Shown in pieces: positions 43,701 through 56,264 of a stretch of 64,000 nt of DNA. The stretch is from Eledone cirrhosa (taxonomy: Eukaryota), in the NCBI GenBank assembly GCA_964016885.1, contig OZ024745.1:63116001-63180000 (forward strand), in the 5' to 3' direction. Position numbers and translations under genes: made by a program. The notes beneath the pieces are model-generated. The model worked only from the letters and a program-made list of their open reading frames with translations. It searched no databases and had not been told where the DNA came from. The first letter of the stretch is position 1. Each line of letters opens with the position of its first letter.

Positions 43701-46371
43701 GGATATTTCTGCTGAAATAATGGTGTCAATGCTGGTTGCGTTGATTTTCGTTATTAACCAAATGAGTAGGTTGGCGTGTGGCAGGCCTCTCTTTTGCCAC
43801 TCAACGGTGTATATGTAGCATCTAACAGGTCCAAAGCCCTTACCTGATTGTATGAGCTCAATAAGTTTTGTCAATTTCAAGTGGAAGACTCGTGCCGTAA
43901 GCTCGTGTCTGTCTGATGCCCTTTGTCCGGGGAATAATTCGGCAGTAATTTCAGTCCACTTAGGGCAGCAACTTAAAGTGATGAAGAGATCCGGTCTGTC
44001 GTACAGACGCACGTAAGTCATAGCATCCTGCGTGCGTTCACTCATGTATCGGGGACTCCCAATAAACGTCGACGGAAGCATACAATGTTTTCCAAGGTTC
44101 TCGGGATCGACGTCATTCCTTACTCCATCCCGTAAGTGAATGTAGCTGTCTGAACGAAGGCTTGCTTGATTTTTCCTTATGTAGCACAGCCATTCAGATT
44201 CCATCTTTGCGCACACGTCTACAGCAAGTTGGTTGAAGAGTACTCTTGCACGGTGGAAGTGGTTAAAGCAGCCTTCGCGGACCATGAATCGGTAGGCGTA
44301 GAATTGCATACAGGAAACAGTTTTATTGCTGTTGCACAAAGGAATTCCAAAGTGGTATCCGTCGTCACTGAATGGGGAAAGAAGGGGGTATTGGAATGCG
44401 TCGTAGGGCCTATGCGTCTCGCTGATCCTTTGCAGAATGTTGTCCCTACACTGAAGTATGATGTCCCGCTTGTTGTACTGTTCTCCATGAAGAAGCACTG
44501 CTATTTCATTGCACGTGGGAGCGTTAAAACGGCCGGCGTGGGTGCCTGGTGGTTTCCTGTCAGCGTCGGTTATGAGAGCAAAATTTGGCGCCGGAGCGGC
44601 CTCCATTGCGCATTTAAAACTGCGAATGTAGTTGTTGTTTTCGTGCAGCATTATCTGTAGTTCCAACAGAATTTTCATCTCTCTGCCAGGCGAAATTAAA
44701 GCGCGTCGTTCCGCTTGGTCAAAATAGTCAGTGACAATGTATAGCTGTAGGAACTGGGGCTCTCCGTCTGTACTAGGCAGGAGCGAACTGATCCTGTGGT
44801 AAATTTGTCCTTGAACTTTAAAGGTAGGCATGAAGCCGTCCTCCTGTATGATGTTAGCTCCGAAGTAGGTCATTTGGAAGGCAGCGTTGTATCGCCTGGA
44901 ACATCGAAGGAAGTGTTCTGACTCCGCTGTGACACCGGTCAGTTGAGACTTCAAATGTAGTGGTGGTTCCTGTAGAGGAGGCAGTTTCACTTTGCCGTCA
45001 GAGCAGCACATCCCTTAAGTCTCCCCAGGCCATTTTTTTGCCCGGCAAGATTGGCAAATGACGGACATGAATCCAATCTGAACTTCTGGCAGCAGTGCAT
45101 AGTTAACTGGAGGGTCATAGTGGGAAGCCTTATGAGACCACTGAGCACAACTGATCCTCGGAGTACCTCGTTGAACACTCCTGCGGAGTGCATTGGCGTT
45201 TAGTCTGTGTAATCAAATTTGCGCAGTCTCTGACGCGCGCACAGAAGCAGTTGAAGCGGCGTCCGTACGTCGTCGTCTGGAACGCTGCCCTTCGTCCTCA
45301 TCAGCACGTGACGCAGCAGTTGAGGCGGTATCTCTTCCTCGTCGTCTGGAACGCTGTTCTTTGTCCTCAACAGCACGCGCCGCAACAGTGGAGGCAGCAT
45401 TTTTGCTTCGTCGTCGAGAATATTGTTCATCAGTTTGCGCTGCACGTACAACTGCAGTTAAAAATGCATTCCCGGAAAGGCGAATGCTCCTCTACTCTTC
45501 TGTCTCGGTTGACCGGGTAATTGCATTTCGAGCTGCATTTTGTGACAACCGAGTCAAATTCTCGAGGGGCGACTCTGTAGCTCTTCTTCGTTTGGCAGCA
45601 GAAGCAGCTTTAGTTTGGCGACTAAGCCGTGGTCTTTTCTTGGGCGTGGGGGAGGGGGGATGACCGTAGTGTCAAAGTATATTTTAAAAGTAAGTTTAAA
45701 AAGGGAAACAAGAAGTACTAATTTAACCGAACACGTAAATATTTATGCAGGTAATAGAGCAAAAAAGAGGGGTAGCGAAAAATTTCAATTGAACAGTGAA
45801 TAAGTGGAAAGTAAGTTGTAGCAAGAATGCACGTCAAATAGTAGGTCAAACCTGTAAGCTAAGCACGTTTGAGTTATAGCACAAAAGAGAGTAAACAGGG
45901 GCGATCATTTGGAGCACACTGGAAAAAAAAATCATAAAAATTCGGACGTTCCTGAAAAAAGTTTCGTCGCTATTTTTTTTTATCAGAATATTTATATTAC
46001 TTTTTTTTATCATATTGTTAAAAAGAAAGGAACAAAATTACAAAAACGATAACAACAAAATATAACGTCTTTATTAAGATTCAAGTAGCGGCGTCCGAAC
46101 ATCGGCGCCTGGAACGCTGCCCTTCATCCTCACCAGCACGTGACGCAGCAGTTGAGACGGCAAGAGAGAGTTAGAGCATGTATTTAGTTTTATCGATTTT
46201 TTCATAGAAGCAGGAAATGTTTGGCACAGTTTATGTCGCGTTAACCATCGTCGGTAAATTTGGAGCACATTGGGATAAAAATCATCAAAATCGGTCGAGG
46301 AATGTGGAAATGCATAAACATCATACACACACACACAGACAGACATCTTCAGTTTTATATATATATAGAGA
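40737..46371 (-). mobile_element. Helitron, autonomous-type, probably full length
   Basis: 5' end TCTCTATATATATAAAACTGAAGATGTCTGTCTGTGTG at about 46371. RepHel coding region inside. The 3' end is less certain: weak hairpin, then CAAG|T instead of CTAG|T near 40737. Confidence 0.8.
41120..45647 (-). pseudogene. Helitron Rep (HUH) - Pif1 helicase, frameshifted
   Basis: CCSDGKVKLP, PDLFITLSC, VEWQKRGLPHAN (HUH motif eroded), YVCKYINKG, DAPGGTGKTF, ASSGIAATLL.GGRTAHS, WDECTM, GDFRQ, LCNGTRL and FSHGQLYVACSRV. Confidence 0.93.
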
Positions 46372-46870
46372 TAAGATATATATATATGAAGTATTTCCGT
46401 AGGAAAGGTAAAGGAAAAGAGAGTGCTCTATGTAGGCTACAGAGCTTTTTAGTTCTGTAATAAACAACATAATATAATTATTTCATTTACCAGTGGTTTC
46501 TTGTAAACAGATATTTATGTCTGTCTTCATTCATCAGGAGAAAATTTATTCATGAAATAGAAATATGGATTTGAAAACAGAGTATATGATAAGTGAAATG
46601 AGGCTGAAATAAAATAACGGGCAAAAATTGAGGGGGAAATAATTCATGAATAAATATCCAAATACATAAACATACACAAACTCACACATATACGTAATTG
46701 TACGTAAACATATACATTCACACATAAGTATATATGCGTCTGCATGGAAATACAATTACACACATATGCGTGTGATCTGTCACTCAAATATGCGCAACCA
46801 CGGACGCGCATTCATGCACGTACTCAGTATTAACATATAAATACTGTATATATATACACGCACATCCCTC

Positions 46871-46926
<56 letters not shown>

Positions 46927-46927
<1 letters not shown>

Positions 46928-47394
46928 AGGAGGTGAGTTTTATTGTAGTACAATAAAGCAATGCAGATATCGGATCTGTAGCACTCTACAGTTTGTAGGA
47001 CTGGAGTATAAATAATATATAAGATCAAAAGATGGTTAAAAGAGTTCCATGTATTTTATTATGCGCATTTCAAAAACAAATATCATCATGCGATGACATT
47101 TGCGTTTTCGTCACATAAAATAGGGAGACATGATATGAAGGTTAAAAAACACTTGTGAATAGTGCAGTTTTAAATCAACATATGAAAAGTAGTTTTAGAT
47201 TGATGTGTGATATTGGGAAAAAAATTGAGGGGGTGAGGGGTGGAAAGGATGAAAAAGAGGAGGAGATATTATTAAACCCTTCAATATACAAACCTTAATT
47301 TATCTGACGAAAACGCAAATGTCATCGCATGATGATATTTGTTTTTGAAATGCGCATAATAAAATACATGGAACTCTTTTAACCATCTTTTGAT

Positions 47395-47402
<8 letters not shown>
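46927..47402 (-). mobile_element. Fold-back element, family H2, spacer form
   Basis: Inverted repeat 47018-47120 / 47299-47402. Homologous to 48648-49068. Bounded by microsatellites. Confidence 0.85.
47299..47363 (+). ncRNA. Type I hammerhead ribozyme, intact core (opposite-arm copy at 47053-47120 has C3 mutated)
   Basis: TTTAT-CTGACGA-AAACGCAAATGTCATC-GCAT-GATGATATTTGTTTTT-GAAA-TGCGCA-TA-ATAAA. Confidence 0.75.
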
Positions 47403-47478
<76 letters not shown>

Positions 47479-47481
<3 letters not shown>

Positions 47482-47881
47482 ATGTAGGGGCTCCCAAAGG
47501 AGCACTTACTGCAATGTCAACTCTGGATGTCGGTGAGCATGTCCAGCTAACCTCAATCTCCTCTGTGTCACTTTTGAGCTGACTTTTGGGATGCCCCCAT
47601 ACAGCTCTGAGTTTTTTCATCCTCAGTGTATACTGATTAATGTTCAGAGCCATCCTTAGCATTCTCGTGTAGCACCCATCCACTATCTTAGTGAGTTTCT
47701 TGGTCAGTGTCCAAATCTCAGACCCATACAGCAGCACACTAGAAGAGCAAGACCAAGGTTAACGTACGTTGATGCCCTAAGGACAGACACTGGTCTGTTG
47801 GAGACGCAGGACATGGCAGCGATAATGAGGGACATAGACAGCTGGAGAGAACTCGTCCATGGATCTCGGGAATTTTACCCG

Positions 47882-47884
<3 letters not shown>
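47479..47884. mobile_element. RTE/RTEX-like LINE 3' end with internal inversion, inside (TA)n
   Basis: 47479-47740 on the minus strand reads LLYGSEIWTL..RRLRLAGH..LLWEPLHG. 47741-47884 on the plus strand reads RRARPRLTYVDALRTDTGL..DSWRELV. Confidence 0.85.
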
Positions 47885-47942
<58 letters not shown>

Positions 47943-47985
47943 AATAACAGGAGGCTGGACTGGTGTAATTCCTTAAAGGTTTATT

Positions 47986-48043
47986 ATACTATGAACATTT
48001 CAATGACCGGGTTCAGTATGAATCCGGTGATATCATCAGGTAT
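47986..48043 (-). ncRNA. Type I hammerhead ribozyme, intact core
   Basis: Reverse strand reads ATAC-CTGATGA-TATCACCGGATTCA-TAC-TGAACCCGGTCATT-GAAA-TGTTCA-TA-GTAT. Confidence 0.7.
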
Positions 48044-48374
48044 TCGAAATTTAACAAACGAATATAATAGACACAATCCATGGGGCTGAAAAGGCAGAGA
48101 GACAAGAAGGCGGCCAAACATTTAGCAGTTTTTAGTCCGGTCGGTCGCCTTCAAGTGAGCCTACCAAGTCTTCTTATATCTTTCTGGTGAAGGGGCGTAA
48201 GCTTATAGTGTACTACTACCACCCCTTTACTAGAAAGTCATAAGAAGACTTGGTAGTCCTCACTTGAAGGTGGTCGACCGGACTAGAAACTGCTATGTGT
48301 TTGGACGACTTCTCGTCTCTCTGCCTTTTCAGCCCCATGGATTGTGTCTATTATATCCCTTTGTTACATTTCGA

Positions 48375-48432
48375 ATACCTGATGATGTCACTGGATTCAT
48401 ACTGAACCCGGTCATTGAAACGTTCATAGTAT
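48375..48432 (+). ncRNA. Type I hammerhead ribozyme, intact core, helix III mismatch
   Basis: ATAC-CTGATGA-TGTCACTGG..CCGGTCATT-GAAA-CGTTCA-TA-GTAT. Confidence 0.62.
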
Positions 48433-48772
48433 AATTAACATTTAAGTAATTACACCAGTCCAGCCTCCTGTTATATTATAATAATTAACTCCGTACTCGC
48501 ACCACCAACAACAAACGAAGATGGGTGAGTTGCATTAGGTCGAGTGTTCTCCCTAATATTACATCCTGGTTCACTATACGGTGACCAGTTCTATCCAGTG
48601 GTGACCCAACACACCTAAATGTGTATATATATATATATATATATATCTAGGAGGTGAGTTTTATTGTAGTACAATAAAGCAATGCAGATATGGGATAAGA
48701 AGCACTCTACAGTTTGTAGGACTGGAGTATACATAATATAAGATCAAAAGATGGTTAAAGGAGTTCCATGTA

Positions 48773-48839
48773 TTTTATTATGCGCATTTCAAAAACAAAC
48801 ATCATCATGCAATAATATTTGTGTTTTCATCAGATAAAA
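48773..48839 (-). ncRNA. Type I hammerhead ribozyme, intact core
   Basis: Exact reverse complement of 48962-49028. Confidence 0.75.
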
Positions 48840-48961
48840 CAGGAAAACATGATATGAAGGCTAAAAAACACTTGTGGATAGTGCAGTTTTAAATCAACAT
48901 ATGTTGATTTAAAACTGCACTATCCACAAGTGTTTTTTAGCCTTCATATCATGTTTTCCTG

Positions 48962-49028
48962 TTTTATCTGATGAAAACACAAATATTATTGCATGATGAT
49001 GTTTGTTTTTGAAATGCGCATAATAAAA
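48962..49028 (+). ncRNA. Type I hammerhead ribozyme, intact core
   Basis: TTTTAT-CTGATGA-AAACACAAATATTATT-GCAT-GATGATGTTTGTTTTT-GAAA-TGCGCA-TA-ATAAAA. Confidence 0.75.
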
Positions 49029-49060
49029 TACATGGAACTCCTTTAACCATCTTTTGATCT

Positions 49061-49103
<43 letters not shown>

Positions 49104-49158
49104 CATACACACATACACATATATCTCTACACATACACTCATATATATATATACACTC

Positions 49159-49195
<37 letters not shown>

Positions 49196-49604
49196 CATAT
49201 ATACACATACATATAAACATAATTATATCCACTAAAGCACATGCAAATACGTGTAAACATACATACGCACATCTGCCTAAACACGCACGTATACACAGAC
49301 ATATATAAGTTCACACAAACGCGCGCACGCTTACACTTATGTGTGCACTTAGACGTAATCGTAAAGATATATAAACACACACACACATAAATGTGGGTAC
49401 TTAAATGTGCGCATACATATAGGCTTTATACTACATGTATGATATCAACCGACGACATATTGTGAAGTAGTTGGGAGAACAGATATAAATAAATAAAATC
49501 AAAAAATCCAAAATAAAGATAGGAAATAAAATGAAAGCATACAAGGACGGGTTGACAACGAGAGGTGGGGGAATTAATAAATATATATATTTACACACAC
49601 ACAC

Positions 49605-49691
<87 letters not shown>

Positions 49692-50510
49692 AACATACGT
49701 ACACACACACACATAAACGTATACATGCACACACACACTCACAATATATATATATATATACACACACATATACCCACACAAGCCTATACATATATTTATA
49801 TATATAGAGAGAGAGAGAGAGACAGACACATACGCATATGTATATACACATATGTATACATTATTAAAAGTACTCGCAAATATACAAAAACACGCACCCA
49901 CACATATATATGGATACATACAATATAAGGAAGAGGACATAACACACGTGCATACATACACACAAGTACATACATACACACACATATAGACACGCCATTG
50001 CTTGTTGTATCCCAACAAATTTAATATAACCACTATATATATATATATTGTTAACTCAACTTAATATGGCATGACGTAAAGTTTTCATTATCCCCCCTCT
50101 CTCTATATAGTATTTCTCTCTCTTGAGCTCTTCTCTCTGTATGATGACTTGATATCTCTCTGTTGCTTTCCTGTTTTTCTTATTTCTTCCTTTTCTTTCT
50201 TTTTTATTTTTTATTTTTTATTTTTTATTTCCTCCTATCTGTATTTATCTCTTTCTTTTCTCCATACATTTCTCTCTCTCTCCGATATTTCTCCAGTTTT
50301 TCTGTCTCTTTCTTTCTCTCTCTCCGTTTTTGTCCTTTTCTCTCTCTCTCCGTCTTTTTCTTTTTCTTTCTCTCCGTCTTTTTCTAATTGTGCTTAACAC
50401 TATGACTTATTAAAACAATGTAAACAAATCACTATCCAGACAGCCTCCAAAAGTAATGGTTGTATTTTAAAAGGGTACTCAAAGCTATTTGTAAAACTGT
50501 TATATATTGT

Positions 50511-50573
50511 ATTTTATCTGATGAAGGCATACCATAATTTAATGTGGTATCCCTGAAATATGTATAATGAAAT
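50511..50573 (+). ncRNA. Type I hammerhead ribozyme, intact core (family H1)
   Basis: ATTTTAT-CTGATGA-AGGCATACCATA..TGTGGTATCCCT-GAAA-TATGTA-TA-ATGAAAT. Confidence 0.75.
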
Positions 50574-50702
50574 AAATATGGTTTTATAAATATAGTTTCC
50601 ATTTATTAATATCGTATATCTACTCCAAAAACTTGTCGAGTGCTTTATATCAGTTATAAAAATATTTACTTGTTGTATCCCAACAACTTTAAATAGAACT
50701 TT

Positions 50703-50763
<61 letters not shown>

Positions 50764-50807
50764 GTAAATATGAGAATAAACGTGCTGCGTGGTTGCATAT
50801 GGGTTAC

Positions 50808-50918
50808 ATATGAATTAAGTTAGTCCTTCATCAGTGATCTCCCAACCATCACTGGTATCCCTTCGCTTTACCAGTGATGGTTGGAAGATCACTGATGAAG
50901 GACTAACTTTATTCATAT
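50808..50918. repeat. About 110-bp hairpin in a (TA)n-bounded element, related to 5190-5251
   Basis: ATATGAATTAAGTTAGTCCTTCATCAGTGATCT..TGGTA pairs with TACCA..AGATCACTGATGAAGGACTAACTTTATTCATAT. Confidence 0.88.
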
Positions 50919-51700
50919 AAATATATATATATATATATCCAGGGGGTGTAACTTGGAGTTACTGCAGGTTCACTCGGGAGAGCACTCGATGTTTAGGTTC
51001 ACTTCTGTGATGAGATGTAGAGTTATACAGAGTGTAATATATTGAAAAGTTAACAGGGACGATTGGTTACCCTTCATTTCATTTATTGGTAGGTGACGCG
51101 CTTTTCGCCACTGATCAGCTCAAGGTTCGATCTGTATCGATCCTACCCGACTCAATTATCGGCAGCTCGACGGACCCTTTAAAATGCTATAAGAAAATGG
51201 AATACATGCTATGTGGTAAAGACAGAAGTTCATGAGTTGTTTTGATTGGTGGGAAGGATCAAAGGAATGTACTGGCCTGTAGTGTCTGTGGGGGTGGATG
51301 TGATGATAAGATGGTGGTGACGGTCACTGACTGGGATGGGCTGTGGTGTGGGGGTGGTGGGTTGTCGGTAGACAGGTTGCCGTGCGTGGGGTGTTCACAC
51401 ACACATACACGCGCACACATAGATCCACACATACATATATCTATATGCATATATACACACATGTATGTGCATGCGCGCGTGTGTGTATATATATATAGAG
51501 AGAGAGTGGGGGAGTATCGGTGGGGCTGGCGTAGAACAAAGATAGAGGGAAGGTGGGAGCCAATGGAGATGGTGTTGGACATAGACATACACATACATAC
51601 ACACATAAGGATCTGCACACATACACGTAAACACACGTATACATAAACATGCACATACACACATACATACATACATATATACACACACATATATATACAT

Positions 51701-51769
<69 letters not shown>

Positions 51770-51972
51770 GAGGTTATAATTAATTTGTTGGGATACAATA
51801 CGCAAAATATTTTTATAACTGATATAAAGCACTCAACAAATTATTGGAGTAAACATACAATATATTAACAAATGGAAATTATGTTTATAAAACCATATTT
51901 ATTTCATTATACATATTTCAACGGCCACCAAGGCAATTATGGTGCGCTATTATCAGATAAAATATAATATAG

Positions 51973-51975
<3 letters not shown>
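51770..51975 (-). mobile_element. Family H1 hammerhead element nested in a (TA)n tract of the left pseudo-LTR
   Basis: Homologous to 39965-40151 and absent from the right arm. Core is decayed (CTGATAA). Confidence 0.8.
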
Positions 51976-52008
<33 letters not shown>

Positions 52009-52322
52009 TATAGATAGATACATACATATACATATTAGTATACGCACATATATATAAAAAAATGCTTACACACAGACACACACACTTGTGTTGGTTCAAG
52101 AGGGAAGGTATGTGTTAGCGGTCTTGATGAAGTTAATGGATGTTGAGGCATGGAGTTGTGTCTAGGGGTGGTGGTGGTGATGGAGTTGTGAGCGTCAAAA
52201 ATATACAGGATCAAATAATACGACGGGTTACATGTTAAAAGGTGGCATAGGGAACGCGGGGGAAAAAGTTTATGGACGTATAGCGATGTGTGTTGTGGTC
52301 ATGGTGGTGATATGTTCAAAAC

Positions 52323-53098
52323 ATATGTTCAAAAGGCATGTCCTTTAGGGAGGAAGTGTTGTAGAACAATTCCATGGACCGTCTTCAGGGCTCTCGAACA
52401 ATCTTTTCCACGCACACAAAAATACCACAAGCTCTTCAATAGACACACTGTAAAATTCTCTTTCTCCACAGCACCAAATCTAGGCCACACAATAGCACAC
52501 ACTAATAGGACAAAAATACGAAAACACATGGTTGCCCACAACAGACCACCACCACAAGCCAGAACAAAACCACACACATAACACAACAACCTACATACCA
52601 GATCCACACAGCATGCCACCAACCGCCAACTAGCCACCACACCGGTTACACCCAACTGCAACTGCAAAAAACAGGCCGAATGCCCATTAAACGGGGATTC
52701 CTCGTTAAAAACATTGTTTACCGGTGTGATAACACAGCCGGCAGTAAAGAGTACTCATATATGGTGCGACATCCACTACGTTTAAGGAGCGCTGGTATAA
52801 CCATAGAGGCTCCTTTAAACATAGGCTGAAACGATCCCAGACCAGACTGGCCGATTTGATCTGGGACCTCAAGTACAGGAACATCGAACGCCAGATCTCG
52901 TGGTCAGTGAAAAGACATGATGCACAACTCCCCAGTGACAGAAACCACTGTAGGTTATGCCTGGCTGAGGCGGCAGAAATAATTAAATTAAAATCTGCCA
53001 TAAACTATAGGTCGGACATAATTGTCAATTGCAGACACACCAGGCTGAACACTTTTTCCGCACAAAAATTCGGGGCTGGGCCGCACAGAGCATATTAA
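52323..53098 (+). pseudogene. PLE RT-thumb/linker and GIY-YIG endonuclease fragment (Naiad-type)
   Basis: FP..QKYHKLFNRHTVKFSFS, CNCKKQAECPLNG, NIVY..Y.GATSTTFKERWYNH..SF, IWDLK, CRLCLAE and CRH. Frameshifted. Confidence 0.88.
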
Positions 53099-53762
53099 TA
53101 ACCACCTTGCAATCCATAGTAACATCTAATCCTGTAAATATTATGTCGATCATATCACACCATCACCACCACCACCACAGCACACATCGTCATATGTCTA
53201 CCATCCACACCCGCAACCTTATTCCCCCATGTTCCCTCTCTCTACCCTAACCTACAACCCCACGCTAAATTCGACCCTGTAAATGTACTGTCGCACACAC
53301 CACCACCGCCACCACTAGATACATCCACATACTTCAACAATCATTAACACCATTAACATCATCAACACATATCATCCCTAACTCCCAGATCGACTGTGTT
53401 ATATCCGCCCTCCGTCTGCCTTACCCTGCAACTCACCGTAACATCTGATCATCTAACCATTTTGTTGAACATATCAACCCAGCACCACCACCACAATGAC
53501 CAAAACACACATCGCTTATACGTCCATAAACTTTTTTTCCCCAGCGTTTCCTATGCCATCTTTTAACCTGTAACCCATGGTATTATTTGATCCTGTATAT
53601 TTTTGTCACTCACATCTCCACCACCACCACCACCATAAGACACAACTCCATGCCTCAACATCCATTAATTTCATCAACACCGCCAACACATACCTTCCCT
53701 CTCGAACCAACGCAAGTGTGTGTCTGTGTGTAAGCATTTTTTTAATATATATGTGCGTATAC

Positions 53763-53794
<32 letters not shown>

Positions 53795-54740
53795 ATGTAT
53801 GTATATATATGTGTGTGTATATATGTATGTATGTGTGTATGTGTATGTTTATGTATACGTGTGTGTACGTGTATGCGTGCATAACCGTATGTGTGTATGT
53901 GTATGTCTATATGTACAACACCAGCTCCATTGGCTCCTACCTTCTCTCTATCTTTGTTCTACGCCAGCCCCACCGATACTCCCCCACTCTCTCTATATAT
54001 ATATATCCACACGCGCGCATGCAGATACATGTGTGTATATATGCATATAGATATATGTATGTGTGGATCTATGTGGGCGCGTGTATGTGTGCTTGTGTGA
54101 GTGTGTACGTATGTATATATATATCAGTATATATGCGCATGTATATATATATATGTATACGCAACGTATTTGTCAGACAAATAGTGTCTAGGTATGTATC
54201 ACCCCATGGACTCGACACCATCAACACATCCACCACACCACCACAAACGCCACTACCATAAACAACAACACCACAATCACACCCCACACACACCAACCCG
54301 TCTACAGACAACCCACCCACCTCACACCACAGCCCATCCCAGTCAGCGACCGTCACCACCATCTCATCATCCCATCCACCCCTAAATACACTACAGGCCA
54401 AAGCCAATCCGCCACCACCACCCCCCCAGCCCATTGCAGCCAGCGACCGGCACCACCATCTTATCATCACATCCACCCCCACAGACACTACAGGCCAGTA
54501 CATCCCTTTGATCCTTCCCACCAATCAAAACAACTCATATTGTCAAACTCATGAACTTCTGTCTTTAGCACATAGCATGTATTCCATTTTCTTATAGTAT
54601 TTTAAAGGATCCGTCGAGCTGCCGATCTTTGAGTCGGGTAGGATCGATACAGAGCGGACCTTGAGCTGATCAGTGGCGAAACGCGCGTCACCTACCAATA
54701 AATGTAATGAAGGAGTAACTAATCGTCCTTGTTATACTTT

Positions 54741-54774
<34 letters not shown>

Positions 54775-54828
54775 ATAATTAAGTCAAATATATAAAATTT
54801 GTCTTCGTTTATTATAAATTATAGATGT

Positions 54829-54883
54829 ACTGCTATATATATTTCGGTGACAGCCATCATTGTCTGTGACCTCTTCAGGCAGT
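54829..54883 (-). ncRNA. Type I hammerhead ribozyme, intact core
   Basis: Reverse complement of 56265-56319. Confidence 0.78.
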
Positions 54884-55659
54884 CCGAATTGGTGAGGGAA
54901 AGAGAGTTACATATGTTTTTGAAGTGTGTTTTACTCAGTCAATACATCGAGATGTCCAGCTCCTGGTAGTGTTGTTATTTCTCTGAGGAACTGGAATCAT
55001 ATGAGTTACAACATACGAATTTCGGTGTCATAGCACACGCTCGCATCCCATTGGTCAGTTGTCTATAGAAATTTTTCTGAGGCAGTGCAATCTGTTGTAG
55101 TTGTTTTTGTTTAAGTACAGCTGACCTCCTCCATTGTGTTGTAGTGGTAGTGGTCTTAAGGGGTCGGCTGGAAGGTCAGCTTTAGTGTGCTGCTGCTATG
55201 TTCATAAGAATTTGTGTATCTAGGTTGGCATCTATCCTGCCACCATTTCACGTGGTGGGGGTGCCAAACAAATAAAAAAATAAAAAATGTGTGTGTGTTA
55301 CAACCAATATCAAAATTTGAAAGATTTGAAAAATATTAACTGAAGTAGAAAACCTGTGTCAGAATCGAGAAGTGTAAAGAATTACAATTCTTACACTATC
55401 ATCGATTTGTGTGTTTTAAGAGCAAATAAGATAAAAGTGGAGTGTAAAACACCAAAAACCTGAGTGTCAAAACCCGGAAATGCAAAGGACTACAGTTCCC
55501 ATATCGGGACCTTTTTCTTTTTAAAGTACATACGCGTGTATCCCAACTCACATCGTTGCAAGCACACACTTACAAACACAGGCTCAGGTGCATTCCATAT
55601 GTATATATAAACACACATACACACATTATATACACACACACACATATATATATATATAC

Positions 55660-55734
<75 letters not shown>

Positions 55735-56264
55735 CATGTAAGTATCTATGTATGTATAATTTTAAACAGTATCTATGTATGGACATTACACTTCTCGATT
55801 ATTATTTTTCAAATCTTTCAAATTTTGATATTGGTTGTAACACACGCATTTTTTATTTTTTTATTTGTTTGGCACGCCACACCACGTGAAATGGTGGCAG
55901 GATAGATGCCCACCTACATACACAAATTCTTCTGGACATAGCAGCAGCACACTAAAGCTGACCCTTTAACACCACTACCACTACCAACACAATGGAGGAG
56001 GTCAGCTGTACTTAAGCAAAACAACTACAACAGATTGTCTTGCCTCAGATAAATTTCTATAGACTTTTGACTGGGGAATGTTCTCACAACTGACCAATGG
56101 GATGCGAGCGTGTCCTATGACGCCGAAATTCGTATGTTGTAACTCATATGATTCCAGTTCCTCAGAGAAATAACAACACAACCAGGAGCTGGACATATCG
56201 ATGTATTGACTGAGTAAAACACACTTCAAAAACATATGTAACTGTCTTTCCCGCACCAATTCGG

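Larger units (their letters stand above)
47936..48623 (+). mobile_element. Fold-back element, family H3 (arms 47936-48195 / 48222-48482 plus tail)
   Basis: About 260-bp imperfect arms, a short spacer, and (TA)n on both sides. Confidence 0.88.
48648..49068 (-). mobile_element. Fold-back element, family H2, with a perfect 336-bp palindrome (48733-49068)
   Basis: Arms match base for base about CAT|ATG at 48900/48901. Confidence 0.92.
50939..54746 (+). mobile_element. 5'-truncated Naiad-type Penelope-like element with long inverted pseudo-LTRs (51038-52322 / 53461-54746)
   Basis: Arms align in reverse over more than 1 kb and enclose a GIY-YIG coding fragment. (TA)n at both ends. Confidence 0.85.

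Noticed and set aside
44166-45663. Plus-strand ORFs overlapping the Helitron
   Set aside because: They are antisense shadows of a GC-rich coding region. The motifs are on the minus strand.
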